DNA of 44,008 nt from an uncultured bacterium (lineage in GTDB: Bacteria > Patescibacteriota > Minisyncoccia > Phycocordibacterales > UBA9973): the NCBI GenBank assembly GCA_903891365.1, contig CAITEG010000004.1, forward strand, positions 1 through 44,008. The letters run 5' to 3'. The position numbers and the translations under genes are program-made. The stretch's first letter is position 1. Each line of letters starts with the position of its first letter. Shown one piece after another: positions 1 through 8,303 of the stretch. Under the pieces are notes generated by a model. That model was not told the origin of the DNA. It did not search any database and worked only from the letters and a program-made list of their open reading frames with translations.

Positions 1-111
1 AGATGTCTCATTATATGACAAAACCTTTGTAAAAGATATTTTGTTTTCCACAATATCTCCAATTTTAACTGGACCAACCTCTGTTTCAATCATTGTTTCA
101 TAAGGAAAACA
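1..111 (-). mobile_element. Intein N-terminal splicing region (partial) in the helicase
   Basis: Directly after DESHY the frame reads CFPYETMIETEVGPVKIGDIVENKISFTKVLSYN, a typical intein block A starting with Cys. Confidence 0.85.
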
Positions 112-774
112 GTAATGACTTTCGTCTAGTACGAGCATATCGAATGACAGAGAATGCAGTGAGGTGATAAAACGTTTAAGCAGATCGTAGTTGACAATCC
201 AGACTTGTGTTTTTAAGTCTATCTCTGATAAAACTGTATCACTATTGATTACAATTGAGCTAAGATTGCTCCATTTTGCTATTTCACTCTCCCACACATA
301 TTTCATGGTGGCAGGACAGATGATAAGGCTACGCCCCGCACGGCTGTGTAGGATGGCCCCTATGGCCTGTACGGTCTTACCTAGACCTGGATCATCAGCG
401 AGCAATGCTCGATAGTTAGTATTGACCAAGAAATCTATTCCTACCTTTTGGAATGGATAGAGAGTTCCTTTTAGACCAGGAATAGCAATATCACTATCAG
501 AAGCAGTTTTAACTTTCGAAAGTTTCTCTAATCTTTTTTCTTCTTGTTCTTTTTTTGTTATTAAATCATAAGCTTCTGGTGTCATTTCTATGCGACCAAA
601 CTTATTTGTTAATAAAACAAGGACTGAAAGATCTTCAAACATCCAAGCTTTATAAGTAGTACTATATTCAAAATTGTTATCATATGAATTTTTAAATGTT
701 TTGCAATACTCAACAACCTCCGGCGTGTAGTCGTAGCTAAAGGAGAACTTGTTGTTTATTACATCTATTTTCAT
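1..774 (-). CDS. SNF2-family (HARP/SMARCAL1-like) helicase, truncated by window edge, intein-containing
   Basis: Manual translation from ATG at 774: LYPFQKVGIDFL (Q motif), ALLADDPGLGKT (Walker A), LIICPATMKYVWESEI (Ia), IVNYDLL, MLVLDESHY (Walker B). Absent from the ORF track because it has no stop in the window. Confidence 0.92.
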   Translation of the reverse strand, partial: MKIDVINNKFSFSYDYTPEVVEYCKTFKNSYDNNFEYSTTYKAWMFEDLSVLVLLTNKFGRIEMTPEAYDLITKKEQEEKRLEKLSKVKTASDSDIAIPGLKGTLYPFQKVGIDFLVNTNYRALLADDPGLGKTVQAIGAILHSRAGRSLIICPATMKYVWESEIAKWSNLSSIVINSDTVLSEIDLKTQVWIVNYDLLKRFITSLHSLSFDMLVLDESHYCFPYETMIETEVGPVKIGDIVENKISFTKVLSYNETS

Positions 775-801
775 AGTCGTTCATATTATTTATTAATTTG
801 A

Positions 802-945
802 AGTGCTGATGGCAGATGGTATCGGTGTTTCACCGATGCGTATACGCTCCTTATCCCTAGAAGACACCCATAATACCGACGCTCCTTGATCTTCTTCGCT
901 TTATCGGGCAGGCAAGGAATTGCTCAACCACCTGTAATCAACACT
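802..945 (-). ncRNA. tRNA-like structured RNA (core 933-810)
   Basis: Acceptor-like stem AGGTGGT/ACCATCT followed by G-CCA; T-arm ATCGG-TGAAACA-CCGAT; outer stem AGTGTTGAT/ATCAGCACT; promoter directly upstream. Confidence 0.55.
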
Positions 946-948
946 CCA

Positions 949-1194
949 CTATTCACTCCCACCTTCTATCTTACTCTCCTCGACAATCTTTGTCAAGTCC
1001 TCATTCTTCGGGTTTATGTGTTTTTGAGACTTCTTTTTTAGAGATTCTTTTCTCTCCCACCACATACGAGTGCTAAAAAGTCTTGAAATCATACCTCCCC
1101 GAGGTTGACGGATTGCAAATTTTGTGCTCTTCTCTTCACGTGTACGCATACCTGTCTTACGAGCTATTTTAGTTTTCTGTTTGTGGGTTAACAT
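949..1194 (-). CDS. Small basic hypothetical protein
   Basis: 81 aa K/R-rich ORF, AT-rich leader, co-oriented with neighbours. Confidence 0.6.
   Translation of the reverse strand: MLTHKQKTKIARKTGMRTREEKSTKFAIRQPRGGMISRLFSTRMWWERKESLKKKSQKHINPKNEDLTKIVEESKIEGGSE
968..996 (-). promoter_or_regulatory. sigma70-type promoter for the tRNA-like RNA and helicase
   Basis: TTGACA (996-991), 17 bp, TAAGAT (973-968). Confidence 0.7.
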
Positions 1195-1275
1195 ATTTGT
1201 TGATTATAAAGAACATTAGTAAATGGAAAAGAAAATCTGCAAGCAGACCCACTACAAAACCTAGAGCAAAAAGAT

Positions 1276-1713
1276 TTATATGCATGGCTTTTTATCCCAA
1301 AGGGTTCCTGCGTCATCACATAATTGGAAGGATGATTCTTTTTCTTTAGGTTGACTAATTGGACGACCCATATCTTGAATAATAGAATCTGTAGTTATGG
1401 TTCTTCCATCCCAATTTAAGGATGGAATTGGATAGTCACCAAAACGCCCTCTTTCGCCAATAGCGCCACTACCACCAATAGTAGTGCCTGCTGAAACATA
1501 ACTGTGTTGCATAGACGAACTAGATCTTATCTGGCCGGGATCCCCTGCAGCACTAGAAAAACGTATTGCCTGCATTTGTTCAGGACTAAGTGTTGCAAAT
1601 GGACTTGATGATTGTGATCGACGAAGATTCTCATCAAGAGCATCAAAAGCACTAGTGAGATTAGGATCACTCATTTCATCACTGGATTGGGGGTTATTCG
1701 TATAAGCAGGCAT
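1276..1713 (-). CDS. Hypothetical protein (Ser-rich, likely disordered)
   Basis: 145 aa ORF starting 6 nt after the upstream stop. Confidence 0.65.
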   Translation of the reverse strand: MPAYTNNPQSSDEMSDPNLTSAFDALDENLRRSQSSSPFATLSPEQMQAIRFSSAAGDPGQIRSSSSMQHSYVSAGTTIGGSGAIGERGRFGDYPIPSLNWDGRTITTDSIIQDMGRPISQPKEKESSFQLCDDAGTLWDKKPCI

Positions 1714-1719
1714 AATTTT

Positions 1720-2310
1720 TTAATTATTTTCTTTCATCAATAAAGCGAGTCTCTCGTGGTAGTTGAGCAAGCGTTTCATCTCGCTCTCAAACCAAGCGTC
1801 ATCGCGCAAAACATGGCCTATTTCCTTAAGAATTAGACTATTATCTGTCTCAAGTGGTTGAAAGATAAAGGCTTCCGGCCGATTGCATATCGTGCAGTAG
1901 AGTTTGGCTTGGTGGTCGTGGTAATCTTTACTTTTTGCAAAGATGTTTTCTGATGTTTTGAATTCCCAGACCGAATCATCTGGGAGGTGATCGACCTTAC
2001 CGACAACGGTGAACTTCTTTTCACCGTCAACGATATAGTCGTACTCGAATTTGATTTCATTCCTTTCTTTGGGGAGATATTTCTGGACGAGCTCATGAGT
2101 CTGTATCCCCTTTATCATACGCATTGCGCTGGAAAAGTCAATATCCTCAATATCGAAGTATTTTGCAGGAGGAATTCCCCATGGAATTTTGGACGCCTCC
2201 AACATGTTGTACAACATGGAACAAGAATAGCGGCCGAACTTCTTCGGGTAGCCTCGTGAAGCCTCTAGGACTTTTGGTGTTAGATCTATGATAAGGGGAT
2301 CATTTTTCAT
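1720..2310 (-). CDS. PD-(D/E)XK Cas4/RecB-like nuclease
   Basis: Motifs GIQTHELVQ, VGKVDH, VWEFKTS, HQAKLY. Confidence 0.8.
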   Translation of the reverse strand: MKNDPLIIDLTPKVLEASRGYPKKFGRYSCSMLYNMLEASKIPWGIPPAKYFDIEDIDFSSAMRMIKGIQTHELVQKYLPKERNEIKFEYDYIVDGEKKFTVVGKVDHLPDDSVWEFKTSENIFAKSKDYHDHQAKLYCTICNRPEAFIFQPLETDNSLILKEIGHVLRDDAWFESEMKRLLNYHERLALLMKENN

Positions 2311-2507
2311 GTGTATATATTGAATACTGTTAATATCTCACCATTCTTTCTTTTTACTAGATATTCCTTGAGAAAATTACGACTACTTACATACTCGGAA
2401 CCTAAGATCTTTACTTCTTCGTAGTGCCCCTCACTGTTGTTACCAAAGAATATATTTGTATTCTTTTTGGTTTCTACCCAGATGTAACCTGTTGGAATTT
2501 TTTTCAT
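2307..2507 (-). CDS. Hypothetical protein
   Basis: 66 aa, 4-nt ATGA overlaps with both neighbours. Confidence 0.65.
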   Translation of the reverse strand: MKKIPTGYIWVETKKNTNIFFGNNSEGHYEEVKILGSEYVSSRNFLKEYLVKRKNGEILTVFNIYT

Positions 2508-2689
2508 AGGAATAAATATTCTTCAAAGAATTTCATTGCTAACATTTCACAATTACCATCTCTCCCTCCTCCCCCCAAGACATAAGACAAATCAACTAAA
2601 GAAAGGAAGAGAACTACTAATATGAATATTGGTAGAAAGACTATTTTTATTAGTCCTTTGACAAAATAATAGATGTGTTTCATAATCAT
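2504..2689 (-). CDS. Small membrane protein
   Basis: Hydrophobic run IVFLPIFILVVLFLSLVDLSYVL; coupled to next gene. Confidence 0.6.
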   Translation of the reverse strand: MIMKHIYYFVKGLIKIVFLPIFILVVLFLSLVDLSYVLGGGGRDGNCEMLAMKFFEEYLFL

Positions 2690-2699
2690 TTAGTTTTTA

Positions 2700-2942
2700 T
2701 TATGATAAGAAATAGCACTCTCCTTTGTGTGCCAAAGAAGGCCAAGAAATAGCACTCTCCTTTGTGTTCCAAAGAAGGCCGCCACAAAGAGGACAACCAT
2801 TTGTAAACCACCAATTCCCAGACCAATGGAACATCATTTTTTCTAACCAAAAACGAGTTAAACACTTACCACAATAGACAGGTAGAAAAAGAAACTTCAA
2901 TTTATCTTTTTTAACATTATATGCTTTAAATTTAGTTCTCAT
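2700..2942 (-). CDS. Small Zn-ribbon-like protein
   Basis: Two CxxC pairs (CGKC, CPLC); C-terminus altered by a 37-bp duplication. Confidence 0.6.
   Translation of the reverse strand: MRTKFKAYNVKKDKLKFLFLPVYCGKCLTRFWLEKMMFHWSGNWWFTNGCPLCGGLLWNTKESAISWPSLAHKGECYFLS
2707..2780. repeat. 37-bp tandem duplication (2 copies, 1 mismatch)
   Basis: aagaaatagcactctcctttgtgt(g/t)ccaaagaaggcc at 2707-2743 and 2744-2780. Confidence 0.95.
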
Positions 2943-2943
2943 A

Positions 2944-3045
2944 TTATTTTGAATAGATATTTTTTGCTAAATGCCATGCAGCTGAGATTACAAAGGTTAA
3001 AACAAACAATAATCCTATAAATGCAAAACAATCTAAAATTGTCAT
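2944..3045 (-). CDS. 33-aa single-pass membrane peptide
   Basis: Manual translation MTILDCFAFIGLLFVLTFVISAAWHLAKNIYSK; exactly fills the gap between adjacent genes. Confidence 0.55.
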   Translation of the reverse strand: MTILDCFAFIGLLFVLTFVISAAWHLAKNIYSK

Positions 3046-3047
3046 AA

Positions 3048-3287
3048 TCATTTAGTTTTATTAACTTTATTAAGTTTCTGAATACTGTCGTACTTGATCT
3101 GTCGCACTCGCTCTCTAGTCATCTTAAGTTCAACTGCTATCTCTTCTAGAGTGTGACGAGAATAAGATCCGAACCCATAGTATTTCTCTATGATCTCTTG
3201 TTCACGCTTATCAAGTACATTAAAGTTCTTGGTATAAATTGTCAATACCCTTTCCGCTGCTGTGATATTTTTTACTTCTTTTGCCAT
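3048..3287 (-). CDS. Stand-alone sigma70 region-4 HTH protein
   Basis: LDKREQEIIEKYYG...HTLEEIAVELKMTRERVRQI...SIQKL closely follows RpoD region 4.2. Start placed at ATG 3287 after an AT-rich leader. Confidence 0.85.
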   Translation of the reverse strand: MAKEVKNITAAERVLTIYTKNFNVLDKREQEIIEKYYGFGSYSRHTLEEIAVELKMTRERVRQIKYDSIQKLNKVNKTK

Positions 3288-3315
3288 AATTTTTAATAAT
3301 TTTTTATAATATCCG

Positions 3316-3535
3316 ACCTTCGATGTGACCACGAGTTACCGAATGGTCACATCGAAGGTAAGATGAACGATAATCTTACCTTCTTACCCTCTCGGGTTGT
3401 AAAATAGACTTATTGGGTTTCGGAGAAAAAATGAGCTATTAGCTCTCCCAATAAACCTTCCCGCGCTAATCCTCGTAAGCCACTGAGCCAACTTTGTTTA
3501 GTACCAAGTAAGACATGCCTGCTTACCCAGTACTA
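3316..3535 (-). ncRNA. Highly structured leader/ncRNA upstream of the sigma-R4 gene
   Basis: 14-bp and 12-bp G-U-containing stems, ACCC-GAGA-GGGT tetraloop hairpin, and overlapping 11-bp and 16-bp inverted repeats. Confidence 0.55.
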
Positions 3536-3540
3536 TAGCC

Positions 3541-3602
3541 AGTGTATACCCCGGGGCTACCTTTGTCAATACCTTGACAGGTTTCACGTTGCTAGCTATA
3601 AT
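3541..3602. promoter_or_regulatory. Back-to-back divergent sigma70 promoters
   Basis: Plus: TTGACA 3574-3579, 17 bp, TATAAT 3597-3602. Minus: TTGACA 3569-3564, 17 bp, TACACT 3546-3541. Confidence 0.85.
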
Positions 3603-3653
3603 GAATCCATTAACCAATGGAGGTTGATATTAATACAAGAATAAATTTATTTT

Positions 3654-3977
3654 ATGGCAGATAAAAACAATGAGCCAAAGGCTATTAAAGAAGGTTTACA
3701 AGACGGAGGCATCTATTGCACGCGGGATTTGTATCTAGCAGCTACACTGGTTACCCTCAAATTTTATATGGAGGGGATAGACTACCAAATCGAGGGCACG
3801 AAGAATAACCCTGTCGGTTACTTCAAGTTCACAGAGACACCTGAACTACGTGATGCACGACAGAAGTATCTACAAGGACTGATTCTTGTGGAACCACAAG
3901 ACTATGTTCAGAAGATGCACGCTTTAAAGGCGGAAGTCCAGAACATGTCAATGAACCCCCACAATAAAGTTGCTTAG
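3654..3977 (+). CDS. DUF5659-like small phage protein
   Basis: YCTRDLYLAATL...GIDY...VGYFKF pattern; has a consensus promoter. Confidence 0.65.
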   Translation: MADKNNEPKAIKEGLQDGGIYCTRDLYLAATLVTLKFYMEGIDYQIEGTKNNPVGYFKFTETPELRDARQKYLQGLILVEPQDYVQKMHALKAEVQNMSMNPHNKVA

Positions 3978-6313
3978 TCGTCAACACCTTCAGCCTCTAC
4001 AGCTTCGTTGGTGACAAAGTCATCTTTACTAAAGAGTGAAGCTTTACTAATTAGTTTGAGTGTCTTTGTAGTTGGGTACCACCTATTGTTTCGTACTCCA
4101 CCTATCTGCACTTGTTTCTTTTCTAGGAACAGGATTCTGCGTAGCATACCTCCAATCTTTCTATTCATGTATCCTGGCATATCGCGCCCTAGAGGTGCAT
4201 TACCAAGCCACACGGCTTGATAGACTTGCAAGACGGTAACGCCATCTTCTATATTTCGCGCAAAGTCAGCATACCAAGAGATAAGCTCTTCCTCATGGCC
4301 CTCACTATCCATACGAGATTCCTGGAGATCTGTCAACTCCTCTGGGTACTCCCAAGTAGTCTCGCCATCTTTTATGGCGCGGAAGTATGCTTCGGCTAGA
4401 ATCTGTTCCCTATTCTCTTTAAGCCAATCCAAGTCAGCTGGATGTTCCAGTTTGACAGGGAGGAAACGTCTGTTCCCACTATCATCTTTGAGATACTCTG
4501 TATCATTTGTGGTCATAGCAAAGACGCAGTGACGCTTCATCCTGCTCCAGCCTGATTCATAAGGAAGGCGCACCTGGTCTTCAGTTTTAGTAATAGTGGC
4601 TTTCATTTCCCTAACTTCTGTGCGATTAAGAGTCTCACCCTCTGCAAGCTCTACTATCACATTGTGAGCAAGAAGCATTGCAAAATCCTTGGCTGCCGCC
4701 CCATCTACGCGCGCAGTGGATTCAACGTGCCATTCACCCCCTAGCACGGCTAGAGAGGTTGTTTTCTTCCACCCCTGTGGCCCTTCTAGAACAAGAACCT
4801 CGTCAAATTTACATCCAGGACGAACCACGCGTTTGATGAGACCTTTGATCCAATTAGCCCCTATGGCCTGGTGGAGGGGATCATCCGGCGTGCCATACGT
4901 TTTGTACATCCAAGAATCTAGACGGGGGGACCGGTCCCACTCGAATGATGTGAAGTAGTCGCGCACTGGATTTACTTGGTTGTGGCGTGCATACGCTACT
5001 ACGGAAGCTTCTACTTTTGCGTAGCTTACATTTGCGAAGTGTGGGTAATAGGTGCGCTGGATATAAACTTGGGCATTTATGATAAAAGCCTTGCATAAGT
5101 CTTCCCAAACCCCACGCTCGTTTAGGGCTTCTGTCATATATGAGAAGCTGTTGTAGCGGAAGCGATCTTTTAGATATAGATCTTCTTTAAATATACGTAT
5201 GATATTTTCTTCGTTATTGTCATAGATTAAGCGACCCTTGACACCAGGTTTAGATTGTAGTGTAGCAAGAACCCTCTCCACCTCATCGTCATTGACAACA
5301 GGCGCTCCAGCTTCGCAATGAGACTTACTCCCTTCATAAACTTCACGACACCCTTTTATTGCTTTGTCAATAGTGCGTTCTCTGTAGTTTGGTCGCTTCT
5401 GTGTCTTCTCGCGCGCACCCAATGGAGAGCTCATCCAAGCTTTTTCAATTAGAGTTGCGTCACGACCAAACCAAAAAGCAAGGTGTGAGCAAAGCCCTAA
5501 GTCTGCGGAGCTGTGGTCGCCCGTATATTCGGAAAGATCACCGTCCCAGAGTGCACGAATGGCTTTCCCATTCTTTGAGGCAAACATTTTTTCTAGAAGA
5601 TCGTCGTAGTCTGCGACGCTAGCTCCTGTAGAAATAGGAGTAAGAGAAGCAGTTTCACCCTGTGAAGCGTCCTTACGACCTCCCCAAGGATAGCCCAGCA
5701 AAGCCAGGATTTCCTCTAGCTCTTCTGTCGTGACACTACAGACAGGAACATTACAGATGGTATCGCCAGTAAAGGTAAAGTAACGACCAGACGCATAAAT
5801 CTCAACCTCGGGTTCTCCACGAAGTTTGTATTCTTTCGGTGTGCGATTTAAGATTGGAACATAGCGTTCATCTAATTTGAAAAATGCGTGTATACCAGTG
5901 CCTGAAGGTGACTTCTCCATATAGGTGGACGCTGTTTCTACGAATGGTTGTATCGCCACGTCAAGGATAGGATCGCCATCAGGCCCATAAGCTATGACGT
6001 GATCAAGATCTACCGCAACTATATTTTCTGCTTCAAAGACAACACCAACACCCCCAGCAAGGATGGGAGCTACTCCTTCTTTGTAGTGAAGGTCGCCTAG
6101 GAAGTTTGGACGCGCCTTGTCAACTACGGAATATGTGGTCCAAGTGTTTGGGTCGGTTGAGGAACCGTAGGAACCGTCGTACCGATAGGGTACTTTGGTT
6201 CGACGTTTCTCACCACCCTCCTGGATACTTCGTTCCTCAAGGCGCCAATTCATCCATATCTTTTTTTCTCCATATTCCTTGATGAACTCATTCTCAGTTT
6301 CTTTATCTTTCAT
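3974..6313 (-). CDS. Primase-polymerase (NrS-1-like AEP + helical bundle) fused to VapE/VirE helicase
   Basis: KVPY, SSTDPNTW, VDLDH, EKSPSGTGIH, GRYFTFTG, DHSSADLGLCSHLAFW; helicase KFDEVLVLEGPQGWKKTT, IVELAE, MTTN, DDSGNRRFLPV. Confidence 0.92.
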   Translation of the reverse strand: MKDKETENEFIKEYGEKKIWMNWRLEERSIQEGGEKRRTKVPYRYDGSYGSSTDPNTWTTYSVVDKARPNFLGDLHYKEGVAPILAGGVGVVFEAENIVAVDLDHVIAYGPDGDPILDVAIQPFVETASTYMEKSPSGTGIHAFFKLDERYVPILNRTPKEYKLRGEPEVEIYASGRYFTFTGDTICNVPVCSVTTEELEEILALLGYPWGGRKDASQGETASLTPISTGASVADYDDLLEKMFASKNGKAIRALWDGDLSEYTGDHSSADLGLCSHLAFWFGRDATLIEKAWMSSPLGAREKTQKRPNYRERTIDKAIKGCREVYEGSKSHCEAGAPVVNDDEVERVLATLQSKPGVKGRLIYDNNEENIIRIFKEDLYLKDRFRYNSFSYMTEALNERGVWEDLCKAFIINAQVYIQRTYYPHFANVSYAKVEASVVAYARHNQVNPVRDYFTSFEWDRSPRLDSWMYKTYGTPDDPLHQAIGANWIKGLIKRVVRPGCKFDEVLVLEGPQGWKKTTSLAVLGGEWHVESTARVDGAAAKDFAMLLAHNVIVELAEGETLNRTEVREMKATITKTEDQVRLPYESGWSRMKRHCVFAMTTNDTEYLKDDSGNRRFLPVKLEHPADLDWLKENREQILAEAYFRAIKDGETTWEYPEELTDLQESRMDSEGHEEELISWYADFARNIEDGVTVLQVYQAVWLGNAPLGRDMPGYMNRKIGGMLRRILFLEKKQVQIGGVRNNRWYPTTKTLKLISKASLFSKDDFVTNEAVEAEGVDD

Positions 6314-6341
6314 GTTAAATTTGATTTAGGATTATTAATTG

Positions 6342-6369
6342 AGTATACCCCCACCACGGAGGTTGTCAA
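6342..6369 (-). promoter_or_regulatory. sigma70-type promoter of primase-helicase
   Basis: TTGACA 6369-6364, 16 bp, TATACT 6347-6342. Confidence 0.7.
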
Positions 6370-6394
6370 GAGTTGATTTGTCATAAAATTATGG

Positions 6395-6665
6395 TGTGCA
6401 ATGATTAAAACTCCCAATACATATCATAGCACACCATTGCATCGAAAAAATATGGCGTACCTTGGCCCTACTATCACTGGTGCAATCTATGCAACCTATA
6501 CTCTAATGAGTATTGTATAATTATATATATTTATTGTATATAGTATGTAGATAGCATCGTTGCACAGTAGCACGGGTTGCACTTTTGTGTTTTACGGCTT
6601 AGGTACGCCGTATAATCGTCTGCAACGGTCTTGCAACGATCGACGATTTTTGGAATCGTTGCACT
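6395..6665. other. Candidate replication origin (iterons flanking AT-rich core)
   Basis: Nine TTGCA/TGCAA copies in both orientations, including ATCGTTGCA x3, around an AT-rich core at about 6505-6552, next to the primase-helicase. Confidence 0.55.
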
Positions 6666-6994
6666 TTGAAAAGGGCTGTTTTTACCCAAAAAGGTTCGAT
6701 CACCTTCAAAAGGGAGATCCCCGAAACCCTGAACTTTTCCGAAAATGGCAATTTTTAGAAAATCAGACCCCAACTTGAGCTGTGGAAGGAGCTCCAAAAG
6801 CCCCCAACTTTTCTTATTTGACCCTCCTTTTGAACTGGGGCCGGCAAATAAACAATCTACCCCTTGACTTTCCTTATAAATATCGTTTATTAAAAATATT
6901 TAAAACGTTTCAGTACCTTCTACATACATAGATTCCAAGATACCTAAACTCTGAACTTTTTAGATCTGACGTTACGAAGTAACTACAGCACATG

Positions 6995-7028
6995 AAAAAA
7001 AGCCAGCGGGCAGTGGGCCAACTGGCTT
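6995..7028 (-). terminator. Intrinsic terminator ending the early block
   Basis: AGCCAG...CTGGCT stem followed by a T run on the minus strand. Confidence 0.75.
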
Positions 7029-7160
7029 AGTTCATTACTGACGTTACTGACTCTCTTGATCTGAAGCGTTTTGTTCAGCCTCAGTTACAGCGAACTCTCT
7101 AGTTACGGTGCCATCTGGGTTGACGGTAATATTGAAGACTTCTCTTATTTCTGGTTCATC

Positions 7161-7415
7161 TTAATCATCGTCATTATCATGCTCGCAGAAACAGTCCTCT
7201 CTAAGTTCCGCACAATCTGGGCAGTAGCAATCACAGTCTTCTTCAGTTTTGCCACAGAGGGGGCAGATTATTACAGCGTCGTGAGGATGGACGTTCCTAA
7301 GGTTTGGTCTATCCTTCAAGCCCCAAGTTGTCTGACGCAGACAGAAAGGTAGTGTTTCTTCTTTAGAGGGTTCACCCCATAGATACTTAGAGCCACGTTT
7401 CTTACGTTTAGCCAT
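7161..7415 (-). CDS. Cys-rich Zn-binding hypothetical protein
   Basis: CPFC-like, CPLC, CDCYCPDC and CFC clusters; frame stays open for 38 codons beyond its TAA. Confidence 0.65.
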   Translation of the reverse strand: MAKRKKRGSKYLWGEPSKEETLPFCLRQTTWGLKDRPNLRNVHPHDAVIICPLCGKTEEDCDCYCPDCAELREDCFCEHDNDDD

Positions 7416-7908
7416 GGTGATCGATGTTAACTTGATTAAATGTTCTAATAGCTTCAGTGGCCACTTCAGAACTTATGGCAACTGGATCGGTCCGATGACT
7501 GGATATTGGATCTACAACTCTTAGGTTGAATACTTCAGAATTATCTGTGGGTTCAATATAGATCAGGCGTTGTCTGAATAGACCAGGAGCCTTCAAGATA
7601 ATAGGGCGTACACCGTGGAGCATGCTCATGGCGATCCACTCGACACCATTGAGCTTATAGAACGTGTCACTTAGGACAGTTCTAATGTGGCCTATCCTTC
7701 CTACGGGACCAGCGAGCTCTTGCTTAGTGTTATGTTTGAGACACTTAAGAATAACACCAGCGGCAGTGCGAGGGCGTAAGCCAACCTTGACTACTATCCA
7801 ACTATCTTGTCTAATAGTTACACGATAGTGGCCACCTTGTGGTGTGACGGTGATTGTGCGACTACCCGCTTTGAAGATAGTGGCTTGACTAACAGGTGTT
7901 TGTTCCAT
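7408..7908 (-). CDS. Hypothetical protein
   Basis: 166 aa ORF in the co-oriented operon. Confidence 0.65.
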   Translation of the reverse strand: MEQTPVSQATIFKAGSRTITVTPQGGHYRVTIRQDSWIVVKVGLRPRTAAGVILKCLKHNTKQELAGPVGRIGHIRTVLSDTFYKLNGVEWIAMSMLHGVRPIILKAPGLFRQRLIYIEPTDNSEVFNLRVVDPISSHRTDPVAISSEVATEAIRTFNQVNIDHHG

Positions 7909-8303
7909 ACAAGTTTGTTATAGTCCTTTCGGAATCTAAGTTGATAAAGCCAGACAGACCATCGACAGGCTGTCAGTTCATCAGGACCGAAGAGATGATG
8001 AGCGAGTTCATGGAAGAGGCTTATAATTGAGCCATCCTTTACGAAGATAAAGTAATCGAATTCACCGACTACATATCTTGTTGGTTCTCCTTCCTTTACG
8101 TAGACTGGTTGGGCGTTATATGCATCAGTGATGATATTTACTAATGCTTGCTGGCAGAATCTTTGGTCTATTCTATTGGGCCAATTTCTGTAGCATCTTC
8201 GTTTCCAGTCACTTATTCTTGTCATTAGACCAATTGGATATATTGGTCTTGGTTCTGCCAAGATTTGCTTCTTAGTCGGATATTTACTTGTATCCCGGGT
8301 CAT
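7818..8303 (-). CDS. HExxH zincin-like metallopeptidase (putative)
   Basis: SIISLFHELAHHLFGPDE motif. Start trimmed to ATG 8303 (8312 also possible). Confidence 0.6.
   Translation of the reverse strand: MTRDTSKYPTKKQILAEPRPIYPIGLMTRISDWKRRCYRNWPNRIDQRFCQQALVNIITDAYNAQPVYVKEGEPTRYVVGEFDYFIFVKDGSIISLFHELAHHLFGPDELTACRWSVWLYQLRFRKDYNKLVWNKHLLVKPLSSKRVVAQSPSHHKVATIV

Noticed and set aside
191..415. Plus-strand ORF and the other short antisense or nested ORFs in the track
   Set aside because: They lie opposite or within genes with clear motifs (here the helicase).
6531..6797. Two overlapping ORFs in the origin region
   Set aside because: TTG starts, no protein-like features, and they overlap the iteron array.
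7161..7163. Genome-wide stop-codon reassignment
   Set aside because: TAA, TAG and TGA all end long, well-formed genes, and coding density is high under the standard code.
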